Shown here one piece after another: positions 1-10,558 of a DNA stretch of 60,257 bases (within the stretch, counting starts at the first letter, position 1; each line of letters begins with the position of its first letter). The stretch covers positions 1,322,961 through 1,383,217 of the forward strand of contig JAWQFM010000017.1 of the NCBI GenBank assembly GCA_033442325.1, read 5' to 3'. The position numbers and the translations under genes are program-made. Source of the DNA: Salpingoeca rosetta (lineage: Eukaryota; Protista; Choanoflagellata). The notes beneath the pieces are model-generated. The model had not been told where the DNA came from. It made no database searches and saw only the letters and a program-made list of their open reading frames with translations.

Positions 1-765
1 CCAGACATCTCGGCGGCTGTCTCCATCCTCTCTCGCCGTATGCAGCACTTCGGCATGGACCATTGGAAGGCTGCCAAGCACCTTCTTCGCTACATCAAGG
101 GCACCTTGTCCTACACCATCAAGTACGCCGCCACTGGCGACACCAGCAACGGCAGCACTGCCGACGGCGTGCTCTCAGCGTACTCGGATGCGTCGTTCGC
201 CTCCGACGTTGACACGCGACGTTCCCGCACGGGCTTCGTCGTCTTCTGTTCCACGGGCCCCGTGTCCTGGAACTCCAAGCTGCAGGCCACCGTAGCCACA
301 GCCTCCGCCGACGCGGAGTACATGGCTCTCGCAGCCACCGCACAGGAACTCATGTTCCTTCGCCAACTCCAGGAGGAGCTCACCGGCGCCGTCCTGTGCG
401 AGCCCACGCTCGTCCACACGGACAACCAGCCGGCGCAGCGCGTTGCCGAACACGCCGCCTCGCGCATGCGGCACATCCTCGTCAAGTACCACTACATCCG
501 CGAGTGCGTCGACACAAAGAGGATTGTGCTGAGCTACCTCGCCACGGAGCATATGATCGCAGATCTTCTCACGAAGATCCTCCCTCGGCCCAAGACGGCT
601 CAATTCAGCGCACGCCTCTTCTGCCTTGCAACAGGCAGCAAGAAAGCATCCACATCATCTGGTCTCACACGGGTCGCCGCTCACGCTGCATTCACCAACG
701 ACGTGGCAGCCCCTGACGGTTCACAGGCACCACAGGCCATGTGCCTTACACCAGGCCTCGTCTGA
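1..765 (+). CDS. pol: Copia Pol C-terminus (end of RT + RNase H), 5'-partial
   Basis: Frame open from base 1: PDISAAVSILSR..HWKAAKHLLRYIKGT, YSDASFASDVDTRRSRTG, SWNSKLQATVATASADAEYMAL, TDNQPA, RHILVKYHYIRE, HMIADLLTK; these are typical copia RT-end/RNase H motifs. Confidence 0.95.
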   Translation, partial: PDISAAVSILSRRMQHFGMDHWKAAKHLLRYIKGTLSYTIKYAATGDTSNGSTADGVLSAYSDASFASDVDTRRSRTGFVVFCSTGPVSWNSKLQATVATASADAEYMALAATAQELMFLRQLQEELTGAVLCEPTLVHTDNQPAQRVAEHAASRMRHILVKYHYIRECVDTKRIVLSYLATEHMIADLLTKILPRPKTAQFSARLFCLATGSKKASTSSGLTRVAAHAAFTNDVAAPDGSQAPQAMCLTPGLV

Positions 766-1037
766 CACGCCCTTCCTGTCCGTCATAGGGCCTCTGATCA
801 GCGAGGACCACAGGCACGCCTTCCACGGGCCGGTTCTCTGCGCTGACCGGGCACCACAGGCACCATAGATGATCCTCTTCTGCGACTCTTTCCACGAGCG
901 CCTCATTCATGCAATACTTCTCCTACACTGTGCCTTCCTCAACACGCACGCACCAAGTCACTTCCTACCATGAGCGCGCCCCAACCAACGTCCTCACCAC
1001 AATACACACTACATTTCTTTGAGACTTCTGTTCACGT

Positions 1038-1565
1038 TCAACGACGCTTTACTCGATATGCTGACTCGAGAGTTCCCACACACTCAGACCAATGCAGATC
1101 ATCAAGGGGTGCAACGCCACGGTAACTGTCTAAGATCATGTTGTCACGAATGCATATCACATGGCGCATGTCTAAGTTCTCAGGGGGATGCACAACAAGG
1201 AGCAACATCTGTCGCTGTCGCCCAAGCTTGAACACGGTACGACGAGGTCGGCGCCCACGCACAGCTGTCACCGTGTACGAGTTGGTACTGAGCCACTCCA
1301 GCGGGATGTTGAGTGACCAATTCCCTGGTGCTCTCTTCGGCTTGCCCAAGCCAGCGAGCGACCAACCGTTCCGGCGGTACTGGCGACAATACCGCAGACG
1401 GATTTTCTCAAACGAGGCAGGCGAAGCAACCACGCCCGAAAGCAGGTTGTTCACAGCATGCAATGCGCATCGAGTGCCTACTTGCTTCTGAACTAACCCA
1501 TCACCTGCCCAGGACATCCCCACTGAGGATGGCCGCTTAACGGCGGTTTTCTTGGGATTGCTCAT
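1038..1565 (-). CDS. Josephin-like (MJD family) cysteine protease/deubiquitinase, antisense cargo of the copia element (175 aa from the first ATG; frame open upstream to ~1724)
   Basis: QKQVGTRCALHAVNNLL ... GNWSLNI ... RHVICIR ... ILDS, same order as the Josephin motifs (KQxxxxCALHALNN, GNYDVNV, HWICVR, LDS). Cys codon 1467-1469, His 1161-1163, Asp 1128-1130, all in frame. Confidence 0.8.
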   Translation of the reverse strand: MSNPKKTAVKRPSSVGMSWAGDGLVQKQVGTRCALHAVNNLLSGVVASPASFEKIRLRYCRQYRRNGWSLAGLGKPKRAPGNWSLNIPLEWLSTNSYTVTAVRGRRPRRTVFKLGRQRQMLLLVVHPPENLDMRHVICIRDNMILDSYRGVAPLDDLHWSECVGTLESAYRVKRR

Positions 1566-1882
1566 CTGCGGTTGAGGTGAACTCGCACACACAGCAGCTG
1601 TTCTGCGACGTTTCTTTGTCTTGGCCCACTTGAGCAATTTTCTCACGGATATGGTTTTCGGTTCAGTTTGCACACTTGTGGGTTCTGTCTTTGTACAATT
1701 TTTTGATTCGAATGAATTTTTATTCTATTTCGATTCGATGCACAATTAACGATTTTGTGCCGCCAAACATTTGAATCGAGCATGTCACTGCAAGTCACCA
1801 CAGGTCACTGATGGAGGACTTCACGGGTACTGCACACAGCAGCTCTTCACTGGAGGGACTCGACACCAGCAAGCACGCCACT

Positions 1883-1891
1883 GCGGGGGAG
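1883..1891 (+). promoter_or_regulatory. Polypurine tract of the copia element
   Basis: GCGGGGGAG directly before the TG that starts the 3' LTR. Confidence 0.85.
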
Positions 1892-2232
1892 TGTTGACAT
1901 CACTGTTCCAGTGTCAATGCTTGCTGAGTCAGCAAATTCTGCTGTAAACGTTTCTGTGCACGTGCGCCCAGAAACGGGCGTTTCTGGTTGTTTTGCCACG
2001 TGGCACTTCTCTCTCTCCTCCAGTTTTCTGTCTATGTGTGAGAGTGTCTCTCAGTTCATGTTCATTCATCCTACATCCTTGTTTGCTCCACAACTCAAGT
2101 AAACACACACAACTCTCTCTTGCCAAGACAATCTCCCACACAACACACAGCACACTCTGCACACACAGCACACACAGCACACACACACACACAAGTCTCC
2201 AACAACAGCACCACCAGCATGAACTTACAACA
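1892..2232 (+). repeat. Copia 3' LTR (~341 bp)
   Basis: TGTTG...CAACA inverted termini following the PPT. Other CAACA ends at 2204 and 2207 are possible, but sequence composition changes at 2233. Confidence 0.75.
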
Positions 2233-2654
2233 TCTGTGTCTGTGGTTGTGGTTGCTGCGTCTGTGTCCATGTCTGTGTCTGTGTCAGTGTCGGCGTTTGT
2301 TTGCGCATCTAGGTTTGCCACCGTGGCTAATGCTGTGTGTGCTGCGGCAGTGACTTGATCCATGGTTGCTGAGTCCGACGACTCTGCTGCTGTGTCTGTG
2401 TCCGTGTGCGCGTGTAGGTCTCTGCACGCTGTAGCTGTGTCTGTGTCTGTGTCCGTGTGCGCGTGTAGATCTCTGCACGCTGTGGCTGTGGCTGTGTCTG
2501 TGTCTGTGTGTGTGTCTGGGGTTGTCGCTGTGTCTGTGTCTGTGTCTGTGTCTGTGTGTGTGTCTGGGGTTGTCGTTGTGGTGGGTGGTGGCTCGCGTGG
2601 GGTGGTCCGCTTCAGGAGGGTCGCGAGACCCCTCACTGAAGCGGGCCGTTTCCC
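2233..2654 (-). pseudogene. N-terminal part of the gypsy -1 frame (presumed Pol), low-complexity Asp/Thr/His repeats, truncated by the copia insertion
   Basis: The -1 frame (GKRPASVRGLATLLKR...TDTDTD...) is open from the slippery site to the insertion point; no protease motif is reached before the break. Confidence 0.6.
2592..2654 (-). promoter_or_regulatory. -1 programmed ribosomal frameshift signal (G GGA AAC + stem-loop/pseudoknot)
   Basis: GGGAAAC at 2654-2648 is in the X XXY YYZ register of gag. Perfect 9-bp stem between 2636-2644 and 2607-2615. Confidence 0.8.
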
Positions 2655-3337
2655 GGACACTGAGCATAGCCGTGGCCGGGCTTGCGGCAACGGAAGCAGG
2701 CGCCCTCGGCCATCAGTCGCTGGCGCTCCTCCGGTGTCAGCGGTGGCAGGCGCTTGCGTGGTCCATCGTCACGTCGCGGGGCCTGCTTGTTTGCCTGGTA
2801 CTTGGAGGTGCCGCTTGAAGAGACTGACGTGCGGCGCGCGAAGTGGGTCCCGGATACATCCTTGGCTTGGTCCGCGTCCTCGGCGATCTTCATTGCTTGC
2901 ACCAGGGTCGATGGGCTGGCCACCGATACCACTTGTCGAATCGTCGGGTGGAGTCCCATCAGGTAGAAGGCCAGCAGAAAGACCTCGCTTCGCTCCGACA
3001 GTTGGTCCGCCACGCGGTTGAAGTCTCCGTTGTAGGCTTGAACGTCCTTGGTCTGCCTGATGGCGCGGAGCTCGAAGACCAGCTGTAGTTGTCGAGATGG
3101 GTTGTGGAAGCGGTCGACGATCTTGTTCACGAGGTCGTCCGCCTTGACTGCGGAGTCGCTCATGAACTCCTTGGCGAAGGACTTGGCTCGTCCGTCGAGT
3201 TGCAGGTAGAGGTGGAGCTTCACTTGGCGGGCGTCCATCGTCGCGGAGGCGACCTCCAGGAGGAGCTTGGTATCGTCGGCCCAGTCGTGGACGTCCTCGG
3301 TCTTCGATCCCGAGAACTTGCGAAAAACGAAGTCCAT
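2633..3337 (-). CDS. gag: Ty3/gypsy Gag (capsid-like region + CCHC zinc knuckle), 234 aa
   Basis: MDFVFRKFSGSKTEDVHDW..LDGRAKSF..LRAIRQTKDVQAYNGDF..FYLMGLHPTIR..CFRCRKPGHGYAQCP. Confidence 0.92.
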   Translation of the reverse strand: MDFVFRKFSGSKTEDVHDWADDTKLLLEVASATMDARQVKLHLYLQLDGRAKSFAKEFMSDSAVKADDLVNKIVDRFHNPSRQLQLVFELRAIRQTKDVQAYNGDFNRVADQLSERSEVFLLAFYLMGLHPTIRQVVSVASPSTLVQAMKIAEDADQAKDVSGTHFARRTSVSSSGTSKYQANKQAPRRDDGPRKRLPPLTPEERQRLMAEGACFRCRKPGHGYAQCPGNGPLQ

Positions 3338-3461
3338 CTTGTCGTGTGTCGAAAGGCACGGTTGAGCGAGAAGTTGATGTGGTCGGCTGTGGGTGGGTAT
3401 GTGGTGTGTTGTGGTTTGCAAAGGTAGGGTCTCAATCACTCAATGGTCGGTGGACTTTGTG

Positions 3462-3473
3462 CAATCGCTACCA
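3462..3473 (-). promoter_or_regulatory. Primer-binding site of the gypsy element (TGGTAGCGATTG)
   Basis: Begins with TGG immediately after the LTR-terminal CA. Confidence 0.75.
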
Positions 3474-3881
3474 TGTAAGCTCTTTGGTTGTGTCAGTGTA
3501 CTGTGGTCGATGTCGTGGTCAAACAGTAAAACAAAAGAATGAACAAGACGAACGTGACACTCGCACAAAAGGGCATGAGCGGGTGCACAGAAAGAACAAG
3601 CAGGGAGAAACACGAGTACGAGAGCAAAAGCCGTAGGGGCTTTAGACAAAGGAAAACGAAAACAAAACAAAGGAGGGTTGCCACGTAGCGTGACAACAAA
3701 CAAGCCAAGAGCAAAGGATACTGCTAAGAGCAATGCAACACTGCGGAGCAATGTAATTTGGGATGAGGTGGGAGAAGTGGTGAAAGACATGCGACAAGGC
3801 TCGGTCACGAAAGACGTGTGAAAAGAGTAGTAAAGAAGTGGGACAGAAAAGCACTGTCGACAGAGTCGACAAGTGCTTACA
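3474..3881 (-). repeat. Gypsy 5' LTR (408 bp)
   Basis: Perfect 7-bp inverted termini TGTAAGC...GCTTACA, adjacent to the PBS. Confidence 0.88.
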
Positions 3882-4176
3882 GTTCTGCTGTGAAGCCACT
3901 GAGTCGATGCGCGCGCGTGTGTGTGGGGCTTTCTGTGCTGCTTCTCCCTGTGCATGCGTGCGTCGTGCTGTTGGTCCTTCTTTCCTCAGTTACCTATCGC
4001 CTCCTTAACGCCACCCAGCGTTTCGCTTTACCCGTGTGAAGGTTGCAACAAGGCAACAGGCACAGCTTGTGTAACGTGTCATGCGCCATGCCTCCACATG
4101 TCACAAAAAACCAGCAAACCCTCAAGGCCATTCCACTCACAGTCTAACAAACAAAACACAAAGCACTCAAGTCAGC

Positions 4177-4871
4177 TCAGGACGACGAGAGCGGGCGCCA
4201 CAGAGTCGACGTACTGCTGGGCGTTCCGAATGATGGAAACCTGTAGCCCGAACGCAGCAACAACAAATGATGTGAGCAGTGCTCATGCACGATGCAGAGG
4301 AAACTTCGCCCACCAAACACAATCACGCTCTGAAGAGCCGTGCGCACGCGCCGTACCTCCTCTGCAGTGTGCGATCTCTGTCGGTACTGCGCTGCATCAA
4401 TCAAGCTCTTAAGCTTGGCCACCTCATGCTTGTGTTCCATGGTCACTGGGCCTGAAGGCAGTGGTGTTGGGGACAGTGGTGTGTCATATCGCAGTGTGAC
4501 CTTGGCAGGGTGTACCGAGCCCATAGGTACCACTACACACCACCACACCACCACCACCTTTGACACAAAGCATTCATTGGCACCATGCCCCGCCCTTCAC
4601 CCTTCGTCGCACACGCACGTACCAAAAGCCCGCTGGCATATCCGTGTACTCTGCAAGCAGAGAGCAAGGGCACCGGTAAAGTCGTGCGCCACGTCCACAC
4701 CCACGCGGGCCAACTTGTCAAACACACCCTGCCATTAGCAGTGTGCGGCAGGGCGGAATGAAGGGAAGAGGAGAGGACGTGGAGGGAACGTGGATACACA
4801 CGACGGCAAATGGTGAGTGAGGGCCAATTTTGGAGTGCTTGGCAGACACACAGGCAGGCTGGCAGACACAC

Positions 4872-4906
<35 letters not shown>

Positions 4907-6716
4907 TCACACACACAAACATACACGGACACACACACACACACACGCACACACAGACACGGACACACACACACACACACACGCACACAGACAAACACAT
5001 AGACACAGACACACAGACACACAGACAGACACACAGATACGCAGACAGACACATGACTGGTGTACCGCGGCGATGGTGCAGGTTGGGGCAAGGTGGGATG
5101 CAAGGCACTCGGCGTGGTGAATGGCGGCACAGCGGACGTCGTGGGAAAGGAGGTTGCCCGTGAGGGCAGAGGAGAGGTGGTGTAGGCACGTGGACAACTC
5201 ATCACGCAAATCGCAGCCGCACGGCAGCAGCGGGCCACTGTCATCGGACGCTGCCACCACCCGCACAACCACCTTGCCATCACCACCCTGATCACCACCC
5301 TGATCATCACCGTCACCGCCTTGATCGGCATCAGCTGCAGGCACGACGGCCAGCACCTTGAAGCCGCCACCTTCACTGCGGTCGCCGCTGCTGATGAGGA
5401 GTGCACGAAGGAGAACAGAGCGGAGGGAGGTCAGGTTGACAGCACCGGCGACCTCGGCCCATCCATATGCGGTTGCGCATCTTCGGCACCGCAGCGCCAC
5501 TGGACGGCATTCCAGCAGCGACGGAAGGGGAGCGCGAAGCGTAGAAGATGTGGTGGTGGTGTTGGTGGAGGAGGAGGAGGGTGTGGTGGCAGGTGCCGGC
5601 GGCTGCCGCGGTTGCCCTTCATCATCACCGTCATCATCATCATCATCATCGTCATCATCAGCAGCATCATCGTCAGGGTTGTCATGGCAGCTGTCCGCAG
5701 CATGGGCAGCAGTGGCGCCGGGCCGGGGAGTGGTGTCAAGGGCCATCACGTCGGCTTCGAGTTTGCAGGTTGCGCATGCGCATTCAAACCCAAACTGTTG
5801 CAGACACGCGCGCCGCCGCTCAACAACCGGCGACACACACGCCAGTGGACCATACGAGATGCACACGCCCACGGGCGTCGTTGCTGCTGTTGGTGCTGTG
5901 TGGGCGGGGGCGATGGGACGGGCGGCGATGACGCGGAGGGAGCGACCAGCAAACGATTGCATTGCGTTTGGCCGGCAGTCGTGGTTGAACACACTCGAGC
6001 GCAGGAAAAGCGCACGCGCAACGCTGCTGTGCTGCACTTCCTCTGTACCTGCTCCGCCTTCACCACCGCCACGGTCGTCTTTATTGTTGGTGTCATGAGT
6101 ATCGTCACCTCGTTTGTCGTGCTGGCCACGCTGGGCCACCACCAACCGCTTGTCGCTCAACAGCGGGTGGGCGAAACCAGGAAGGACCGGCACTGTCTTG
6201 TCGCTGCTTGATTTGCTGCGTTTTCTCACCATCGTCGCTGTCGTTGATGCTGTTGTTGTCGGCGTTGTTGTGGGGACTGAGAAGCTGTTGCAGCGCAGCA
6301 CACCAATGACGTGGCATAGCACCAGCAGCTGCTGTCGATCATCACCATCACCGTCACCGTCATTGTCATCCACATCATCACTATCATAATTGTCATCATC
6401 AGCGTCAGCATTATCACTGTCATCACCATGCTTCGGCCACTGCGTTGCAGTGTGATACAAAGAGCAGCCATCGCCGCCTGCACACCCATGCCACGCCTGC
6501 CACTCGCGTGTGTTCTGCACGGCAGCAGCAGCCGCTTTGCGAACGGCGTCCACGCCGAGTGCTGTGCGCAGCAGTGGGAGCAGGCTGCTCATATCGGCCA
6601 ACGCTCGATGGTGGTGGTGGTGGTGGCTGGGGCGCGTGTCGGCGTCGACATCAGTGCCGTGCGTGTGTGCCCCATCGGAGCAGTGCGACTGCAGCCGCCA
6701 GAATCGCTCTTGTGCC

Positions 6717-6800
<84 letters not shown>

Positions 6801-7061
6801 GGGTAGAGGGACGCGAGGGTGACGGCAGCGTGGAGAACTTGCAGGTGGCGGTCGTCTGCTGGTGGCGACGAGAGATGTGAGAGCTCCTCCTCCACGGAGA
6901 GCACCTGCAACGATGGCAGTGGTGGTGGCGGCAGTGGTGAGCTGATGACGATGTTGTGTTCTCAAGCGCGTAAATTTGCAAGCAAGCAAGCAAGCACACA
7001 CAGCAACACACACACACACACACACACACCCACCCACCCACCCACACACCCACACACCCAC

Positions 7062-7110
<49 letters not shown>

Positions 7111-8483
7111 TACATGCTGCGCAGCTGTGCGACAGCGTCGCGAGCAGAGGAAGGCGACTGCAGGTCGGCCGATGGGAAACAGGCACACGCGCCGCCGCCA
7201 GCACCACATGCACCGCCCCGCTCGCTCCTCCGGCCTGTGTGTATGTACGTGTGTAAGAGAGAGTGTGTAGCGTGCAGAGTGTGTTTGGAGTGTGAAGTGT
7301 GTGTATGTGGAGTGTGTTTGGAGTGTTGAGGGTGTGTTGAGGGTGTGTATGTGCAGATCATCGGCATGTGTTGCCAAGGGGTCAATCGTACATGTGCACA
7401 CGACGCAAGGCATGCGCACAACATGTTGACCAACTTGAGTACGCCACTGAAGGCTTGTTCTTGCACGAGGAGGGTGCCTGCGTCCAAGCGCTCCACGGTC
7501 TATGTGTTGGTGTTTGGATATGATACATACGTCAGCGTAGAACAGATGGTGTGAGCGCATGAGCAAACAAACAGGTCATAGGTCGACGGACAGGTGTGCT
7601 GCATGCACACCCTCTCGTCAGTCAGCGTGCACATTTTCCTTGCACCTGGTATCCGCGACCGATGTGTTTGTCGTGGACTGGTGATACGCTGATGGCAGCA
7701 TGCACGACATCATCATCTTCGATGCTTTTGGAGGCGTGGGTGCGTTGTGACTTGCGTCGGTGTTGGACCAGCCGCTTCTTTGCTTCCTTCTCACGAAACT
7801 CCAGCTTCTTTTGCTGTGTCTCCGTCAGCCTGTCGATTATATAAGTTGTGTGTGTGTTCGAGTGCGGGCAAGCGTTTGTGCACGTGTGTGCGTGTGTGTG
7901 TGTGTGCGGGTGTGAGCATTGAAACGAGCAAATCCAACACCCCCCCCCACACACACACATAGGGGTGCTGGTGCTTCTGAGTACCTGTCGCGAAGGGACG
8001 GCGTTGTGTTGAGCTGCGCAAGGTCTTCATGCGCGTTTGTCAGCAAGTACGCGAAATCCTGAGTCGTTGGCTCTGCTTCTGCATGAGATGTTGCTGGCGC
8101 GATCGTTGGCGCCGTGGCTACAGCTGTGTCCCAGAGCTTGAGCATTGCCCATGAGCGGTTGAGCAAAGCCAGCGCCACGCATTGTTGCTGATCTTGCTTG
8201 TGTGTGCCACCCCCGAGGTCTCGGATGGCCTGACACGGGGTGTGTGTGTGTGTGATGAATAACGATGTCAGTAAGTGGAAGAAGAAGGAGGAAGAGAAGA
8301 AGCAGGAAGAGAAACAGGCAAGTAAAGCGATCGGAGCACAAGTGAATCACTTGCAGCCACGAAGACACAAACACAGGCACATAATGTACAAAGACATTCA
8401 CACACACACTGTCACACACACACACTGTCTCATCCACACACACTGTCTCATCCACACACACACACACACACACACCGTCTCAT

Positions 8484-8521
<38 letters not shown>

Positions 8522-8653
8522 TCACTCACTCACGAAAGAGTAGAGGGTGGTTGCCAGTGCATAGTCGCCTTGTTTGAACGCATCATTGCCCAGCTTCCGC
8601 ACAGCGTCAGGACCACCAACAGCACCGCTGCCGTCCTTTTCCTTCTTGTTCAT
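4177..8653 (-). CDS. SMYD4-like TPR-SET(MYND) lysine methyltransferase, multi-exon
   Basis: TPR-like RKLGNDAFKQGDYALATTLYS and ALLNRSWAMLKL; SET start HIGRGY / LDAGTLLVQEQAF; CMWC..LCSRRC; LRCNSF; ALFLRSSVFNHDCRPN; ISYG; FGFECACATC post-SET; C-terminal helical exons at ~4177-4730. Confidence 0.85.
6717..6797. repeat. (GAT)n trinucleotide run encoding poly-Ser in the SET gene
   Basis: Pure GAT run, read as TCA in the minus-strand SET exon. Confidence 0.9.
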
Positions 8654-8854
8654 CGTCTCCTCCGCTTCCTCCAAAGGCAAATTTGACCTCTGCCTAAAGG
8701 CAATTTTGCCCTCCAGTTCCCATGAGCGAGTGCGCAATTTCCCCTCTCTTTGTTTGTCCTGCCGTCGCCACAACACACGCACAAGCACCGCGACCTCATA
8801 TCCTACAGCCACCTCCCTCCACTCTCTCCACCTCTCTTGCACACACAGATACAG

Positions 8855-10509
8855 ATGACGCTGAGTGCGCAGGACCGGCGACGGTCCCTGATTGTGTTGG
8901 GCGTGTTCTGGTTCTTCACGGGCGTGGAGTATGCGGTGATTTTGCCGTCGGCATGGCAGTACCTGCAGAATCTGGGTGCGGAGCACAAGATCTGGCTGTC
9001 CATCTCCATCTCGTCCTTCTCCTTTGCCAACTTCCTGTTCTCGCCGCTGTACGGCCGGTTTGCGGACCGGTACTCCACAAAGACCATCCTCATCGTGTCC
9101 AACTTCTTCGAGCTGGTTGGCAACCTGCTCTACCTCATCGCCAACGACGTCTACACCAACGTGGAGTCGCGCTTCATCGCCGGCATGGGCGCGGCGGCGG
9201 GCTCGGCCATCTTCGCCTACGTCGGTCGCGTCTCCGAGACCCCGGCCGACCTTAACAGGAACATGGGCGCCATCATGACGGCGCGTGCCATCGGTCTCAT
9301 CCTCGGGCCGGCCTTCAACTTCCTCCTGGTCAAGATCGACTGGCGCGTGGGCCAGTACAAGATTGACCCGTACAACAGCCCCGGCCTGCTCATGACCATC
9401 ATCTGGCTCATCTGCCAGGTCATCGTCGTCAAGTACTTCAAGGACATCCCCAAGGCGGACGTGCAGGAGCTGCGCGTGGGCTCAAGCAGCGGCGACAAGG
9501 CGGAGGCAGACGTGGAGGCCTCCGCCACTACCGACCAGCAGCCGCAGCGTGTTGCCGGCGCCCACGGTGGTGAGAGCAGCACTGACCCCGCACACAGCGA
9601 CAACGACGAGGATCCGCTCATCCCCACGGGCGAGGACGACACGCCAAAGTGCAGCGAATTCCTCGGCCTGGGCGTCATTGCGCTGCTGCTGGTGCAGTTC
9701 CTCAACATGTTCAACCAGACGGCATATGAGACGTTCATCACGCCCTTTACCCAGAACGTGTTCCACTGGAACCAGGTGGCCAACTCCATTGTGTACATGA
9801 TCACCGCCTTTGTCGCCATCGCCGTCTACATCATCATCAGCAAACTCCAGTGCGTGTATTGTGTGTGTGTGTGTGCTTGTTTGTATTGTGTGTATTGTGT
9901 GTATTTGTGTGTTTGTATTCTGTATTGTGCGTGTATTGTGCGTGTATTGTGTGTTTGTGTGTGTTTGTGTGTGTGTGTATTCTGTATTGTGTGGGTGTGT
10001 GTATTGTGCACACATGTGTTATGTACAATTGTGTTGCGTACAATTGTGTTGCACGTGCCTTGTTTGTATGCGTCCTCTTTGTGTCTGCCATATTCCCCCC
10101 CCCCCCTTTTTTTCGTGCGCAAGCTGCGTGTGCGTGTGCCGGTGTGTTTCCCACCCACCACGATTCTGTGTCTTCAATCCATCGCTCATTCGGCGCCATG
10201 CACCAATCCACCCCCCCCCTCCATTCATGCCAGGCCCAAATACGGCATTCTGGACCGCACGGAGATCCTGGTTGGCGTTGTGCTGCAGCTGTTTGGCTTC
10301 ATCATCTTCTGGTTGCTCCCTGCTCACAACGCAGGCCAGCTGTGGAAGTTTGCGCTCGGCTCGGTCGTGTTCGTTGGCGGCCTCCCCTTTGTCTACATTG
10401 CTCCCGCCCTCCAGGCCAAGCTCACCACCATGCGCACACAGGTAGCGATGTGTGAGTGTGGTGTGTGTGTGTGAGTGTGTGTGTGGTGTGTGTGTGTGAG
10501 TGTGTGTGT

Positions 10510-10558
<49 letters not shown>

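Larger units (their letters stand above)
1..2232 (+). mobile_element. Ty1/copia LTR retrotransposon, 3' portion (5' part lies outside the window)
   Basis: RT/RNase H ORF, then ~1.1 kb 3' region, PPT GCGGGGGAG (1883-1891), and an LTR starting TGTTG (1892) and ending CAACA (2232). The sequence then switches abruptly to the repeat of the host gypsy element. Confidence 0.9.
2233..3881 (-). mobile_element. Ty3/gypsy LTR retrotransposon, 5' portion, interrupted by the copia insertion
   Basis: On the minus strand: 5' LTR, PBS, gag with CCHC knuckle, slippery heptamer and the start of the -1 frame, which is cut at the copia LTR end. Confidence 0.9.

Noticed and set aside
1929-2232. Continuation of the 253-aa ORF 1929-2690 as one protein
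   Set aside because: Chimeric: the gypsy -1 frame reads into the antisense copia LTR.
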